A stretch of 64,000 bases of DNA. Source: Octopus bimaculoides (lineage: Eukaryota). The number at the start of each line of letters is the position of its first letter. The first letter of the stretch is position 1. The translations under genes were made by a program, and so were the position numbers. The stretch lies in assembly GCF_001194135.2 (NCBI RefSeq), contig NC_068984.1, positions 49,602,685 through 49,666,684 of the forward strand. The letters are read 5' to 3'. The notes under the pieces were generated by a model. The model did no database searches, had not been told where the DNA came from, and worked only from the letters and a program-made list of their open reading frames with translations. Of the stretch, positions 11,991 through 25,465 are shown piece by piece.

Positions 11991-13457
11991 CTCCTTGAAT
12001 TAGTGTGTAAGTGACTGAACATTCTACAGACAAATATACTCATAGCATAATTCTCAGACAGAATTAGAGTGAAACCATGCGATATGGCTCAACGTTACCT
12101 TTCTCACTCAAGCCAACAGATTCTGACAGTTTCCATCTACTTAACTTCATTCACAATACATCAGTTAACCAGGTCTGTGGTAAAATCCACATGCAAAAAG
12201 TTCCACGTTGTGGAATTATTTCAAGGATCTCATGATTTTAAAATAGTTTTCTTAACTATTCTGCTGTGTAGTGTCCATATATTCATTTATTTTAATTTTC
12301 CATGCTAGCATGGCTTAAAAGAGGTGTTGTTTTACTGCCAAATGCCATTCTTGTCACTAAACTTGATCTGTTTTTCAAGTAAGGGATCTCTTGTTTCCTA
12401 AGTCTTCAAAGAAGTGAAGACATCAGATGATATATTGACAGTGAATTTATTGACTGGGTAATAACTGCAATGTCACTGTTTGTAGCTGAGTGATTTTTCA
12501 ATGAAGTGCAGATGCAAACAAACATACAGAAAAGCACAAGAACACATATACTCGAATATATATGGGTGTGTATGTGTGCATACACACACACACACACACC
12601 CTGATAGTGTCTATTTTTTGTACCCATCCCCAATCTGCTATAATTAATGAGGTTCTTTTGGAAATTGTTTGCCTAATGCCTATTTTCTTCACTCTTAAAT
12701 TTATAGCCATTGCTTACATCTTGTGCCGATAATTGACACCTTATAATAACTGACTCACCTTCAGCTACCCAACCTCTCGTGCTCTTCTCACCCCTCTCTA
12801 CCTTTATACCTATATAACTCTACATCTCTTTCTCATTCTAATTTACAGAAATTATTTATTTTTATGAACACTATCACCCCTAAGCAATTTGCCCAGTTTT
12901 TCTGATGAAATCATGGCTTTGTTGCATGGAGTAACCAAAATCTGTGCTTATTAATACTTTTTTCTTAATTTCCATGTATACTGACAATACTCCTCAATAT
13001 CTAATATTTGCATATTAGATATAGTTATATCAAGCAGTAATCGATTATCAGAAACAGCTGTAAACATAAGACTTGATAACATCATGTAAATTGTTTGCAA
13101 CTTTTCATACAAATACATTCCTTATGCCTAGTATTGTTTGTCAGTCTTTCTACTTCAATATCTGTTCAATGTTGATTGTTCTTCTAGCCAACCTTCTATA
13201 TCTGGATGACTTTAACTTGAAGAAGTTAAAGTTTAAGATTTGGTTTTCTCTGAGCTCTGCTTGATTACTGTCTATAACGTGCTTACATAAGTATTTTATA
13301 ATTTTATAACCAATTGTTTCATATACACACACACACACACACACACACATAAATTTAGATAGATAAATACATAGATAGATGTGTGTGTGTGAATGTTAGG
13401 GGATTTGTATTATTCTTTGTCTTCACTTGTGTATAAGGATTGTAAACAAAGTCTCAC

Positions 13458-13639
13458 CTTTCAAACAGTGACTGTTATATTTGCTTGCAGTCCATGATGG
13501 ATATGTCTGAGTGTTTCTTGATATATCTTCCCATATTACATGCTGTTCTGAGATGAAAATCTTTCCATTCATAGAATACATTGTCACTTTATTACAGTCC
13601 TCTGCAGAGGCATGCCTAAGCTGTTTGATGTTTAATGAA
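13458..13639 (-). CDS. Candidate 182-nt internal exon of an unidentified gene
   Basis: Acceptor aaattccacag, donor AAAG/gtgaga. 60 open codons (SLNIKQLRHASAEDCNKVTMYSMNGKIFISEQHVIWEDISRNTQTYPSWTASKYNSHCLK), locally raised GC. No homology recognised. Confidence 0.28.
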
Positions 13640-13659
13640 CTGTGGAATTTGTTGCTTAG

Positions 13660-13915
13660 AAACAGGTGAGGATTGGCAACAGGAAGGGCATTTAGTCACA
13701 GAAATCTCTGCCTAAACATAGATTTTTTTTTTTTTTAACCAATGACAGCCTGGAAAAGTATGTTAATTAAAACTATGTTAATGATGTTGATCACGTGTAT
13801 GTGTTTGTATATATTATATATATATATATATGGTGTTGATTTGTTCAACTGAAGGCAGTGCTCCAGCATAGCCACAGTTAAATGACTGAAACAAATAAAA
13901 GAATGTATGCACACA
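13660..13915 (+). mobile_element. Retroposon 3'-tail fragments (RTE-like tail, then SINE-A tail)
   Basis: gtgaggattggcaacaggaagggcat...; then gaaggcagtgctccagcatagccacagttaaatgactgaaacaaataaaagaat, the reverse complement of the 49931-49995 tail. Confidence 0.6.
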
Positions 13916-14354
13916 CACACACACTCATTTATACATAGTTTCAGTTTCTACCTCTTAATTCCACTCTCTAGGCATTAGTCAGCCTGAACTTATAGTCCAC
14001 AATACTTACTCAAAGTACCATGTAACAGTATTGAACCTGAAGTTGCATGGTTAGGAAGTAAACTTAAGAAAACAGTCATACCTGCACCTATAACGTGAAA
14101 ATTGATTGAACTTCTATTGAAACTCAAACTCCGATCGCTGGTTTCATAGCCTAAGGTATTCACCATACACATGCATATTTATAACACACATTTAGATACA
14201 TATACACACCCACACCCACATATATATATCTATATACATATACATATATATATATATCTTTATGTATTTGTATATATATGTATGTATATAGATATATATA
14301 TATATGTGGGTGTGGTTGTGTATCTAAATGTGTGTACATAAATATATATATATA

Positions 14355-14477
14355 TCGTCGTCGTCGTCGTCGTTTAACGTCCGCTTTCCATGCTAGCATG
14401 GGTTGGACGATTTGACTGAGGACTGGTGAAACCAGATGGCTACACCAGGCTCAATATATATATATATATACATAAAG

Positions 14478-14550
<73 letters not shown>

Positions 14551-14615
14551 TATGGGCACCCTGCTGGTATAGGCTGGATGGTTACAGCTGGATACCTTCC
14601 TTAATACCAACCATT
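14355..14615 (-). mobile_element. RTE LINE 3' tail interrupted by (TA)n
   Basis: (TCG)n-tttaacgtccgctttccatgctagcatgggttggacgatttgactgaggactgg, then about 100 bp of TA, then acagctggataccttcc. Confidence 0.85.
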
Positions 14616-15748
14616 CATTTATATATTTACAAAAATATATACACATATTTATGTACTTATATATTTAGATATATATATATGCATATGTATATATTTGTGT
14701 GTTTGTATGTATGTGTGTGTATATATATATATATATCATGCTGATGATATATATATTTATATATATTTATTTGTGTGTGCATGCATATATTTATGTATGT
14801 ATATATATATATATATATAACAAACATATATATATAAATATATATATATAAACAAAAAAAAAAATATGTTTATATTATTGACAGATATGTGTGTTTGTGT
14901 AGGTGCAAAAAATGGAAACTGTGCTAAAAATTATAAATATCAATAAGTGGAAAGGCATGAATAACACCAAAGGAAGAAAGGACTACAAAGATATGTGGAA
15001 ATACTTCACTTTCTGACTAAGGCACATGATTTTGTTATGCAAAACATGGTTTCACTCATATGGCAAGCCCCAGTGATTATAGATATCATCAGGGTGAAAG
15101 GTAAAATGTCTTATGAAGTTTTACAACATAACATGCAAAGGACAGTGCCTTACAATGGGAATGAAACAACAAGACAAGCAAATATAATTTTAAAACTTTA
15201 TATAAAAAAAAAAGTGTCTTTCAATTGAGGTTGAAACAGACATGGAGAATGTTTGCAAAACCTTAGCTAAGAAAGATGACTTTCGGGAAAATAACACCTG
15301 CAAGAATAAGAAGAGAAATAGGGAGAGTGGTTGTGTTTGAAGTTCAAGAATATAATATGTGCGAGAGAAGCATAATGAAAAAACCGGAGGCAGCTTTGGT
15401 GTGTTAATACTAGGATGCAATGGAGAAAGGAAGGGACGGTGATAGTATATTACATACAGAGAGTATGTATATATATATATATATATATTACAGTGTGTGA
15501 TTTATTCAGAGCTGAAATCAATTCATTCAAAGAAATTCTTGTTATCCTCATCATTATCATTTTACATTCACTGTCCATGATGGCATGGGTTGAATAAATC
15601 TGCTCACTAGATGGATTAATGGACTGCATCTCACTAGCGTTTCATTTTATGTTGGTTTCTTATGGCTGGTTGCTTTCCTTATACAAACCACTCAAAAAAG
15701 GTGTACTGGGTGCATTTTCATTATGCCTGCACTAGAAGTGTGTATGTA

Positions 15749-15814
<66 letters not shown>

Positions 15815-16056
15815 TATGGAGAGAGAGAAAGCTAGATAGATAGATCCGCAAGCCAGCATATACACAAGCACACACATGCATACATGCACCACACATGCAC
15901 AAACACACATGATTCGCTGCTGTACACTTCCTGATTTCCAGGTTCATTCAGAAGTCATTAGTCAACATAGAGCTCTGACCTTCTCATGTCTCACAGAGAG
16001 AACTAACTCAAAGGCACATATGCATGGAGCAAATTTTAAATCACACCCGAACAACC

Positions 16057-16091
<35 letters not shown>

Positions 16092-16310
16092 CTGTACGTA
16101 TGTATGCATATGTATGTATGCATATATATGTATGTATATATATGTATGCATATATATATATATATATATGTATGCATATATATATGTATGCATGTATATG
16201 TATGTATGTATATATATATGTATATATATATATGTATGTATATATATATGTATGTATATATATATGTATATATATATGTATATATATATATGTGTGCACG
16301 TGCGTGTGTG

Positions 16311-16344
<34 letters not shown>

Positions 16345-17047
16345 AATATATATGTATGCATGGTGGAAGTCAACTCTTGTCTGAGCATGACCATTTTGGG
16401 GATGTTTGTATTGAAATCTGCAAAAGGACAAGTGCCAGCTGCAGGGTTGCTGGTCAGCATTGTTTCAACCATCTTTTCTAGTTATTGTTGATTAATAGGT
16501 GAAAGAACTGCTTTGTCACTCTATGCTGTGGAATCTCTCCAGTAGCATAGTTTGTTAAAGAAGTGACCAATAACCCAAGCTGCCACATCCCATTTTCAAT
16601 TACACAGTTCCAGTTGGTGAAGACCATATGTTCGACAATACTCAGTGCCACAAGAATCTTCTGAGAACTTCCTGTGAAATTGATTATATGTGGGGCAAGC
16701 ACAGAGCTGAACTCAATTGTCAGGTAGAACAAATTTCCTCCTGCACCAAAATATGTGTGAGTGTATGTGAATATATATATATATATATATATATTTATGC
16801 ATATATTTACATATATACATATACATGTCCTGGGCCCTGTGACATATGTCTTCAGGTTGTCAAATGAATTGTTGAAAATATTCCCTGATGTAAGGCAGCT
16901 GATGTCACAGACCAAATCCGAATTAGTTGGAGTACTTTTGTGATTTATTTCCATCAACTTGGCTACAGTGGCAGAACAGCTGGAAGGAAATCTCTTCTTC
17001 GATCAGTGTATATTTACTTTTGAGATGTGTGTATGTGTGTATGTCTA

Positions 17048-17607
17048 CACTGAAAGAAAGTAAATGGAGAATAATAGATCTTTAAATAGTTTATTTGTAT
17101 GATATGAAAATTGTTGAAATTTTTTATAAAAAGAATACAAATGAATTATGAATTGTAAAGCTCTAAAAGAAATGGCTGATGCCAAAAGACTACATATATG
17201 TTTCAATTCATATCCCTAGTTGATATGTAATTCTTAGCATTTGCTAAGAATTGGTATCATTTTCAACTGTATTTGGACAGAATCTTGTCAGAGCTTTATG
17301 ACAAGAATTTGTCTGCATCCTTTCAAGAGATATGTTAACCTTCATTCTAAAAACTCATAAAGCCCTGACAAGATTCTGCCCCATACAGTTGAAAATTATA
17401 TCAATTCTTAGCAAATGCTTAGAATTATGTATCAACTAGAGGAATGAATCAAAACATATATGTAGGCTTTTGGCACCTACCATTTCTTTTAGAGCTTTAC
17501 AATTTATAATTTATTTGTATTGTTTTCATAAAAAATTTCAACATCTTTATATCATACAAATAAATTATTTATACCTCCACTATTCTCCATTTTCTTTTTT
17601 TCAATAT
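17048..17607. mobile_element. Foldback/MITE-like long inverted repeat
   Basis: Arms at about 17048-17301 and 17355-17607 are diverged reverse complements (e.g. ttatttgtatgatat / atatcatacaaataa; aattcttagcatttgctaagaatt / aattcttagcaaatgcttagaatt; gaatcttgtcagagctttatga / tcataaagccctgacaagattc). Spacer about 53 nt. Confidence 0.85.
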
Positions 17608-18014
17608 TAATAATATGTACTAGTATAATAATAACTAACATATCGTTGAGATTTTCTCCTTATATGACAGTGATTAACCAGTGGAACTTTTGGATTATTT
17701 AATCCTTAATGAGGACCTGACATTCTTGAATTGACTATNNNNNNNNNNNNNNNNNNNNNNNNNNNNNNNNNNNNNTATATATATATATATATATATATTG
17801 AAACAGACTGAGCAGTTTCCCCATTTAATCTTGTGTGAAATCAAACACAATGGGTTGATGTTCCAAAGACTTGCTTCTGTCTGGCAGTGAAAAAGATGCC
17901 CAGACAAGCAAGTGCCAATTATACACCAATGTTTCACTCCTCTGTTAAAAAATATTCCAAAGTAGAGTCTTCAAACTGAATGATGTCTTTCTGATAAGTG
18001 TAGAATGAATGAAC

Positions 18015-18320
18015 AATCCTGAGGTAAATTTGGAGGGCATCCTATCTTGACAAAGATATTGAACATCAAGTGTTCCAGATGCATTCGGCTCAACTGCCAA
18101 TATATACTGCTATGCCAGTGTTGGTAAGAAGGAACAGTGTCACAGGACATGAGAGACTGCAATATTGTTAACCTGTACAAGAACAAATGGGTTAGAAGTG
18201 ATTGTAACATCTACAGAAGAATCTTCTTAAGCTTCATAGGGAAGTTCTTCAGTTTTGCTATCCCGCAAAGACAGCAGAAAATCACTGAAAGGATATACTC
18301 TGATTTTAAAAGTATAAAAG
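18015..18320 (+). mobile_element. RTE-clade (BovB-like) reverse transcriptase fragment, degenerate
   Basis: VSQDMRDCNIVNLYKNKWVRSDCNIYRRIFLSFIGKFF...QKITERIYSD resembles the RTE RT motif VPQDMRDANIVTLYKNKGDRSDCNNYRGISLL...LAERVYPES. Confidence 0.8.
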
Positions 18321-18500
18321 TAGCTTCAGGTCAGAATGCTTCAAACAGTTACCATGAACTTCTCCCTTTGATAACTATGGAAAAAAAGCAGAGAGCAAAA
18401 GCAACTTTGTACACAGATACACACACATATATATACGTACAAATACCTATAAAGATACAAACACACACACACACACACACACATCACACGCACATATATA

Positions 18501-18535
<35 letters not shown>

Positions 18536-20076
18536 ATACTATACACATAGACAGATGTATATGTCATTTTTAAACTCATTCTAACAGATTTTCTATAGAT
18601 TTCAGAGCCAGCACTGGAAGTAACAACATTTCAAATACAAACATCTATGTAAACTTTGTGATCAAAGATAGAAAAAATAGTAGTGGTGTAAATGCATACT
18701 TTTTGAAATATGCATATACACATATTGCCTACATTTTCTATCTTCAGTTACATTGTTTACATAGACATATTCATATATGAAATGTCATAACTTTCAGTGG
18801 TGGCTTTAAATTTTATAAAAAAATCTGTAGATAAACTTACTAATGAGAACATCCCATTGTTAGAAACAATATTAATTTGTACGCCTTTAATATATTTTGT
18901 CATATATTATGGTTGCAAAACAAAGTACTGTGTCCTTGCTAGCAAGTAATACATACCTACACCAATATATATACATACATATGCATGTACATATATGCAT
19001 ATACATATGCACATATTCATACATGCACGCTCATATATATATGTATTTGTACCACATAATCTTGCCATCATGTATTAATTGTAAATGAGTGTCACCATCA
19101 TACAAGTGGTGTCATTCATTTCCAATACAACATGAAAATATGTCTGGTAAAGGGGAAATGCCATCTTACTTAGAAACATGAGGAATGGCAAGAAGGGCAC
19201 CTAACCTTATAAATTCTGACCCTGCAAGCATGAAAACTAGACGTTAGAACAGTGTTGATGACATACACACATACATACATATATTTATATTATGTGTACA
19301 TATATATATGTGTGTGTGTATGTATTATATACACATATAAATACACACATATAAATACACACATATATATATATACACATATGTAGAAAGCATAAATATA
19401 TCTATATTATATATGTGTGTGTGTGTGTGAAAGAGAGAGTTTAGACAGACAGATGGACAGAAAAAGAACAGAGTAGTGTAAGCCTTTACATATTTTATGA
19501 ATATCTATGTTTCTGGTAGTATGTGTGTGTGTGTGTATGTATATATATGTGTGTGTGCGTGTATATGCATGTATGTACATATATATACCTATATATATAT
19601 ACACACATATATACATACACACACACTCACATGTATATATATATATATATATATGTATATGTATGTATATATATATATATATATCCTTGTTACTATAGAA
19701 CATTCATATAGTTTCACTAAAATAAAGACAACGAATAACTCCAACGTAGCCAGTTTTGCCCTTGTAATTCAACGAATTTATTTAATATATTTACAAAATT
19801 GTTTTCATACACTTGTCCTTGTGGTTACAGGTAAAGACTGAATGCAATGAAACATTTATCAAGTAATTATGTTATGAGAGAAAACAAGTTAAATATCAAA
19901 TACCTGCATAAATATAAGTGAGATGTATAAATCTTTCCTAATTAAAATCTCTTGAACTATCTCTTTACTGAATCATTATGAATCAAATAATTGTTTGAAG
20001 CTAAAAGCAACTTGAATAATTTGTTAATAAGCATTTGAATTTAACATTATTGTATTTAACAAAATTATATTTCCAT

Positions 20077-20293
20077 ATAAGGCGGCAAGCTGACAGAACT
20101 GTTAGCACACCAGGTAAAATGCTGGGTGGTATTTCATCCGTCTTCATATTCTGAGTTCAAATTCCGTCAAGGTAAACTTTACTCTTCTTCCCTTCTAGGG
20201 TCGATAAAATAAGTACCAGTTGAACACTGGGGTCAATATAATTGACTTACCACCTCCCCCAAAATTGCTGGCCTTGTGCCAAAATTTGAAATC
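20077..20293 (+). mobile_element. tRNA-derived SINE (family B) with 15-bp TSD
   Basis: A-box-like gctgacagaactgttag, B-box gagttcaaattcc. TSD aaattatatttccat at 20062-20076 and 20294-20308. Confidence 0.9.
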
Positions 20294-23200
20294 AAATTAT
20301 ATTTCCATGTATGTTACTTGTCTGATCATAGATAGCAATCCTTTAGGTTTTTATGTTAAAGATTACAAAATTTGAGACATTTCAAATTAAATATTATTGA
20401 TATCTTTAATTTGATTTTCTAGACTTAAAAAATATTTTGCAAACATTCAGTATTTTTTAAATACTTAATAATCAGCCATAAACCTTACTGCCCAGGTCAT
20501 CTTTTCAGTCCTTTTTAATCTTTTTATTTGGAAAAAAATCATTTTATTTGGAAAAAAAATTTGTTAAAGTTTCTTTCTTTTTGTAAATAGTAGCTTATAT
20601 TATATCTACATTTATTTTGGGAGGTTATATTCATACATTTTCAAAATACTTTATTTAAAGACATGTTAATTAGTAAATATAGTTTTATGAATTTATACTT
20701 GATCTTCAGCTCTTTTTAGTAAATTACTAGTTCTAAATATTATTAACAATGAAATACAGAAAGAAATCACCTTACAAATCCATATTAGCCTAATTGCTAT
20801 TATTTATATTATGAAGGTAAGAGATTATTATTATTCCATTTTAGAAAATTTTTATTTTTAATTTTAGAAGTTCAGCATGATTTTGAATTCTTTCCTTTAA
20901 AAAAAGGAGTGTCTTTTTAAACATGCATACAATGGCACAAGATTATGAATGCTTCTTAAAAACAACTCTTGCAACTCTTCTAGAAATATACATTATCCAC
21001 ACATGTTAATAGTATAATTATAAAACTTTCATAAAGAACATTCATTTTACATCTAAATATTAAATGATATCTAGTAAGATTTGTGATGAAATTCTTTGTA
21101 GCAATCTTATCTTATATGATAAAAATGATATTATACATAGAAAGGTATACAAGTACTGAGTATCAATTTTGGATATATCTATTTAAGATTACAAGTTCTA
21201 AAATATATATAAGCATCCTATCCCCACCTCCCAATTACTTAAGTATTACATTCATCAAAACCTTGTTCTAGCATGGAATTCCATAATGTGTAACCTATTT
21301 CCCTCTGACTTCCATATAACATGTATGTAATATAGGAGTCTTCAAGAAAATAGATTTTTGCAGTACAAAATTCTACATTATGGCAATATTTCCAAAGCTC
21401 AATGCTTCCATAATATGGGGGAATGCCTATATTATGCTTCAAAATTCACGATTTATTTACTTCAAAATAAAATTTGAACAATATTTGATTATAAGAATTA
21501 CTGTAAAATTAAGAATAAGTTCAGACTAATTATTTTTTAAATTTATAAAAAAATTTGCATTTTTCTAAAAAATTCAGATTTTTTACTGTGTGGAATTCAG
21601 TGGTAAATCTATATTAAAAATCTGTAATAATTATAATAACTATTTTCAGTAAACTCTATTAGACTTCTTCAGTTACTTTAAACTTTTTAAGAACAATCTT
21701 CTGTAACACCTCATGACACACCACTTCATATGTTTTCCTGACATTACATGTATCTCTCCTTCTACAACAATCATTTCAAGCATTATTTCTGTCATTTTCT
21801 ATCAGCATAATTAGCTTAAAAATTTGAACATTCTACTCTTTGCAAAGAAAAATAAAACAAACAAAAAAGAAAGGAAAAATGGAATTATTTTTAATATATT
21901 TCACTTTCACTTCATACTCTTTTAACAATTTTAGCACCTTCTTTATGCCCATCTCATTTAATATAACCAATATTCCCACTATGTGTTTTACCTGAACATC
22001 AAAACCAACCTACAAAGATATCAACATTTTATTTCAAGAATAAAAAAAATGTCCATGTTCTTAATTATTGTTATTATTGTAATGGAAATATCCATGTCAT
22101 TTTCTAAGACTTTTATCAGAATGTCTTGTAATCTATCACCTTTTTTTATTAACCAATTGTGTTTAATTCTGAAAATCGTTTGATTTGATTTTGGGATTGG
22201 AAAGTACACTAATAATATCCATTTTATCACATTACTCAGTTCTATCGTAACCAGATAACTTTTGGAAGTTCTATAAATTTAACCATTATTATCTTATATA
22301 TCCATATATATTGGGATGCTAAATATCATATAACCAATTACCAACACTCTCTAGCATATGTCAACATGTGTTTTGTTGAGTATCTTGTCATGATTCTTTC
22401 TCATTCATAAATTAGTCTATATTATCTCATATTAAATTAAGTATTATTATTTCATTATTAATTAAAGTATATGAATGGCATGATTAATATTCTCTGTGCA
22501 AACAACATTTTAATTGTATTACTTTATTTTGGTAGGTATTTCTTTACAAAGTTTTTCTTTGATTAATTTGGCTGACTTTCCATAAGATTTTTAACTTGTG
22601 GCTTGCTTGTCATGAAGTCATTAAATTTTTTGTTAATTTAATATTTTTAAGTTCAATACTTAAAGAAAGATTGTTTGCTTTAGGACAACATGCCAACAGA
22701 CAAAATGATCTCCAGCAAGAAAATGTATTGCAAATTTTATGTATTTATCTACTTTAAAGTAATAGTTTAGCAATATGAAAAAAGCAGTTAAATGTAGGTG
22801 TGTTTGGTGGCAGATAATGTCTGTATAAGCTATAACAAATCATCAAGCTACCAAGCTGGTACTTAGCTCTGGACTCATTAGCATTGAATCAATGAAAAAT
22901 AACTCCTGTTCAGAACACTTGGGAAATGAATTTTATATTCTAAGAAGTACTAGTATGTATTTACTGATTTCTAATGGTTTGGTAAATTGAGATATATAAA
23001 ATTAAGAGTTCTTCTCAAAGATGCTTGCAACAAACAGAAATTCATGATCCATGATGTAATAGTCTATTAATATGTGACAAAATTGGTAACTACTTTATAT
23101 TAATGTAAGATAAAATTTTATGAAAATCAAATTTTTCTTTGCAATAGTATTAGTAATTATTGTTATAGTAATGCCCTTTCCAAGATAGTTACTAAAATTT

Positions 23201-25276
23201 TCTTTGTAAGAGTAACTGATATTTACAAAATAATATTATTTGAATATCTTATGTTGATTACTATTTCAGACCAATAAAGCTAATACATTTTACTTATGCA
23301 ATTTAATACTACAGAGAATATGAACTTTACACAGTGATATTCTCTTCTAAGACTTTTGACTTTATGCATAAACAGTAGATTATAACTGCTTTTCTCTAGA
23401 CACAAAGCCAAGTGTTTGTTATAATGGAATAATATACTCAATTTTATCAGCTTCATTAAAATACTTGTACTTATCTTATGTAGAATAGAAGATAAATGCC
23501 TGTAACTGAATGCATCTACTTAAACCAGAATTCTATTTATTATTTTTTTTTTTTCAGTCATTTTCACTACACCAAACAAAGCCAAGATGGTGAAAATGAT
23601 TGCAATAATAAAATTCTGGGTTTAATGCATTGTAGCAATTAATTTGAAACCTTCCTGTACTAAGTTTAATTATGCTGTGCCTTTAATTTTGTTACAGACA
23701 ATAAAATACATTTCAGTAATTTACTAAAGTTGAATATGTTAACAATGCACTTGCTGAAAAATTGCTGTCCTTACACACATAAAAATGAAACCAATAACAA
23801 AATTTAGACATAGATATTTTGATTTTTAATCTTATACATGCATAAGTCCATCCCAGCATGAAGGACGAAACTCTTATGGCACCCTACCTTAATTAGCAAG
23901 CATGAAAGGCCAGAGGAAAGTTTGCACTCCATTACATCTGACCCAGGAGCAAATACTCTCATTGACATCCCACTCACTTGCTACACTTCTGGTTCATCTA
24001 AGCCATAAGAATAGGAAAAAGCATATGCTAAAATAATAAAGATAATGATGATTATATAATGATAATGATGAACATATATATATATATATATATATATAAA
24101 AGAGCTTTCTTGGTAGTAAAAACATTTAGTGCACTCAAATAGTAAAGGTATCTAGACAGTTTAATACATATATGTTGTTGAATAGAACTTTAAAAACAAC
24201 TTATTTTTCAGATTTTTCCCATTATAATGGAGTGAAATTTCCGATTTTTCCCATAATTTGGAGTGAAATTCTCTGTGAGCATTCAATATACNNNNNNNNN
24301 NNNNNNNNNNNNNNNNNNNNNNNNNNNNNNNNNNNNNNNNNNNNNNNNNNNNNNNNNNNNNNNNNNNNNNNNNNNNNNNNNNNNNNNNNNNNNNNNNNNN
24401 NNNNNNNNNNNNATATATATATGTATGTATGTATCTATAAGCATGTATATCTATCTATCTATCTATCAATCTATCTATCTATATTAAAACTCTATATAAA
24501 TTAATAGTCAAAAATTTTATAGAAGTTTCTAATATATACGTTACTTTACAGCTTCTGTTTAGCTAACATTAGAAAGAAATAAAATGAGATATTTTTTGTA
24601 CTTAGTACCATATGTTGTCATGACTGAGTGAATAGTGTACTTGATTTGATTTCAGAATTCAGATCTCTTTGCAAATGTGTTTCATCCTTAGGCACAATTC
24701 TAGCTTAATTATGAATCATTATTCTTCTCACAGTACTTAACTCACCTAAGACATTGCAATATGTCTTAGAGTTTGTTAGATTTTATTTTAATTATATGTT
24801 TATGTTGTAAAAACATCTCAATTTGAAAATCTTGTTGTTTTACATACTTATCTATTGGATATACTCCCTTCATCATAATTGTAACTTTGGTGCTTAAGTG
24901 TAAAATGTTATAGTTAATTTGCTATTGTTGTTATTGGTTCAAATGATGGTGCTCCAGAAATATTGATGGCATTCCTTTAATGATAAATGTTAAAAAAAAA
25001 AGAGACAAAGGAGTATTTTGCCTGTGATATTAAATTTGTCATTGTTGATGATTTGATGTAAACCTCTCATTTGTTCCTATTGTATTTTTGACTTATCTGG
25101 TTCCATATTTTACCTTGCCATTGGTAAAAACTTTTATACCTTTTAACTGTTGCCTTATTGTGAGAAGTTAAATGAATATTTCCCTTAAAACTATTGATCA
25201 ATATATTGTAGAAAATAATTTTGCTACTGCTTAGAATATGTTAAAAAACAATTTCTTATAATTTAATTTCTATATA

Positions 25277-25465
25277 CAGTACTGCCCCATTATAGCACAG
25301 TCATTGGGGGTTCATAAAATATCATTGGGGTCATACTAAATTGGGGTTCAAGAAATTCAGGTGTTCAAGAAAATCCGGAAAGAGCAAAAGAAATGAGTCT
25401 AATGACTCATTGCATTATATCCGAATTTGAGCTAAATTGGGGTGCATTATAATGAGGCTGCACAG
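25277..25465. mobile_element. pogo/Tigger-like MITE, diverged
   Basis: TA-flanked imperfect TIRs: CAGTACTGCCCCATTATAGCAC (left) and CTGTGCAGCCTCATTATAATGCAC (right, reverse complement). 189 bp. Confidence 0.6.

Noticed and set aside
21362-21480. TPR-like peptide YKILHYGNISKAQCFHNMGECLYYASKF after an acceptor
   Set aside because: No GT donor before the stop, and a single partial repeat; compatible with chance.
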